A stretch of DNA of 64,000 bases. It comes from Deltaproteobacteria bacterium (GTDB lineage: Bacteria > Desulfobacterota > Desulfobaccia > Desulfobaccales > 0-14-0-80-60-11). A program made the position numbers and the translations under genes. Numbering within the stretch: the first letter of the stretch is position 1; each line of letters starts with the position of its first letter. Where the stretch lies: contig JASEFS010000001.1 in assembly GCA_030018495.1 (NCBI GenBank), positions 161,285-225,284 on the forward strand, given 5' to 3'. The notes beneath the pieces were generated by a model, which worked only from the letters and a program-made list of their open reading frames with translations, made no database searches and was not told the origin of the DNA. Below, piece after piece: positions 62,336 to 64,000 of this stretch.

Positions 62336-63061
62336 TTATTCCAAGCCTTTGGGAAGGTAGGGGCGCAGGCGCTCCCTGGCCCAGGCGTGGCTGCGCCAAC
62401 CGGCCGCGGGAGGCGCGTGGGAACGGCTGAGAAAATTAAGGAGTTCGTCCCAGGCGTCGATATCCGGCCAGGGCGGCAGGAGGTGGGTTTTGAGACCGGC
62501 TTGTGCGGCCCGGGCCAGGGTTTGTTCAAGCACCGCGGCCGTGGACCAGGAAATCTCATGAAAGATTTCCGGGCTCGGTTTTCTTAAGCCCACAAGGTAA
62601 TAGCCCCCGTCCGGACAGGGGCCCAGGACCACGTCGGCCCGGCCCCCGGCCAAAATCTCCCTCCCTTCCAGAATATAGGGTCCCGGCAGGTCAGGGCTGT
62701 CGCTGTTGCGCATGAGCACCGCGGCATAGCCTTGGGCAAAGCCCCACTTGGCGGCCTCGATCAAACGGTCGCTCAGACCGGCCTCGGCCTGGACTAACAA
62801 TTTAACGCCTTCGGGGGACAATTTTTCAAAGAAAGCCTTAGCAGAAGCAGGCTCATAGGCCACCGCGACGTCGATTCCGGAAAGACCGGTCATTTCCTCC
62901 AAAATGTCTTTTAAAAAGCAGTGATAGAGCTCCGCAGCCTCGGCAGGCGACAGGGGGGGAGACAAACGGGTTTTTACTTGCCCCGGCACCGGCTTCTTGG
63001 CGAAAATAATGAGAAAGGCGTTGGCAGGGGCCAGGGGCCTGGGGTCAGGAGTCAGGGTCAT
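62336..63061 (-). CDS. DUF2064/TIGR04282-like transferase (CofC-like nucleotidyltransferase fold)
   Basis: FLIIFAKKPVPGQVKTRLSPPLSPAEAAELY...SDSPDLP...GPCPDGGYYLVGL. Confidence 0.7.
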   Translation of the reverse strand: MTLTPDPRPLAPANAFLIIFAKKPVPGQVKTRLSPPLSPAEAAELYHCFLKDILEEMTGLSGIDVAVAYEPASAKAFFEKLSPEGVKLLVQAEAGLSDRLIEAAKWGFAQGYAAVLMRNSDSPDLPGPYILEGREILAGGRADVVLGPCPDGGYYLVGLRKPSPEIFHEISWSTAAVLEQTLARAAQAGLKTHLLPPWPDIDAWDELLNFLSRSHAPPAAGWRSHAWARERLRPYLPKGLE

Positions 63062-63114
63062 TGATGCAATTCTATATCAGGTGAGCTCCCATAAACAATC
63101 GATGCGGCAAGGAA

Positions 63115-63858
63115 ATGAAATCCTGTAAGGGCGCGCCTGGCCGCGCCGCAGCCGGCCCGCCTCTCATCTCTATCATTATTCCCATTCTGAACGAAAAAGA
63201 AAATCTAAAGGAACTTCTCGGTGGTCTCCCTGCCGCCCCGGATGTGGAAATCCTGCTGGTGGACGGCGGCAGCACCGACAGTACCCTGGAGGAGGCGGCC
63301 CTTTTCCCGGGCGTGCAGATTTTTGGCAGTTCTCCGGGCCGCGGCCTGCAGATGAACACCGGCGCCCTGGCCTCAGGGGGGGAAATTCTCGTCTTTCTGC
63401 ATGCGGACACCCGGATGGGGGCCGCGCACCTGGAAGCCCTGCGCCGGGAGGCCGCGGACCCTTCCTTTGGCGCGGGCGCGTTCGCCTTTGCCCTGACGCC
63501 GGACCTGCCGGCCCTGCGGTTTATCACCCGGGGAGTCAATCTGCGCTGCCGCGTCTTTGGCCTGCCCTACGGCGATCAGGCCCTCACCGTCAGGAGGAGC
63601 CTCTTTTTCCGGCTGGGGGGCTACGCCCACCGCCGCCCTGAAGACCTGGACCTGGTGCTCCGCTTGAGAAAGCATACCCGCCTGCGCCTCCTTAAGCCGC
63701 CGCTATCCACCTCCGCCCGACGCTGGCTGGAACAGGGCTATTTCAGGACCACCATGAACAACTGGCTGTTTTTGGTCCGCCATCTGGCCGAACGCATTTT
63801 CACCCGCCGCTGGCCGGAAAAGGGGGACATGGAGAAAGTTGTTGGGGGAGGGGGCTAA
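63115..63858 (+). CDS. Family-2 glycosyltransferase, TIGR04283-like
   Basis: ISIIIPILNEKENL...LVDGGSTDSTLE...LFLHADT...GLPYGDQALTVRRSLFFRLGGY. Confidence 0.7.
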   Translation: MKSCKGAPGRAAAGPPLISIIIPILNEKENLKELLGGLPAAPDVEILLVDGGSTDSTLEEAALFPGVQIFGSSPGRGLQMNTGALASGGEILVFLHADTRMGAAHLEALRREAADPSFGAGAFAFALTPDLPALRFITRGVNLRCRVFGLPYGDQALTVRRSLFFRLGGYAHRRPEDLDLVLRLRKHTRLRLLKPPLSTSARRWLEQGYFRTTMNNWLFLVRHLAERIFTRRWPEKGDMEKVVGGGG

Positions 63859-64000
63859 GGGTCGAGAGACCCTTACCCCCTTCCCCAAACCCCCTCCCCC
63901 AATCCCTTACATGGGGTTGGGAGGAGAGTTTGAGGGGAGGGTAGGGGGCCTCAGGTCCCCCAGCCCTCCCCTCAACTTATTACCCATCCAAGCTGCCGCC

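Overview
GC-rich (about 60% by eye) chromosomal segment. Gene content suggests an anaerobic Desulfobacterota/deltaproteobacterium-like organism: sigma-54 regulation, a two-CW sensor kinase, a UGA-recoded gene and cytoplasmic molybdopterin/FeS oxidoreductases. This taxonomic call is inference only. The housekeeping backbone is ribF', tRNA-Gly, rimP-nusA-infB-(DUF503)-rbfA-[phd/relE]-truB-rpsO-pnp-M16 peptidase, then a pyrR operon. It continues with a branched-chain amino acid and lipid block (leader-DUF465-ilvB-ilvN-dsrE-like-ilvC-psd-pssA-[AT-rich PLD nuclease]-leuA-leuC), then prfA-prmC, and gltX with a formyltransferase and an HDAC-like deacetylase. Accessory parts are two AT-rich islets (a PLD/HKD nuclease; a DUF4258-MqsA pair) and a phd/relE pair inside the nusA operon. 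There is also a sigma-54/EBP-controlled operon (TauE-like permease, molybdopterin oxidoreductase, FeS subunit, 1131-aa degenerate NuoF-GltD-ferredoxin fusion). A sensory cluster pairs a two-component system with a PpsA-like dikinase lacking the PEP barrel and a Cys-phosphatase/YkgJ fusion. The window ends with a divergent TIGR04282/TIGR04283-like transferase pair. Main non-obvious signals: (1) an in-frame UGA with a SECIS-like hairpin in a DsrE-like gene inside the ilv operon; (2) a Val-run leader peptide with mutually exclusive terminator/antiterminator helices upstream of ilvB; (3) three families of 7-nt tandem repeats at gene boundaries, one inside prmC; (4) the two uncharacterised clusters above. 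No rRNA, CRISPR array or transposase was recognised. All calls come from reading the sequence and translations; no searches were run.
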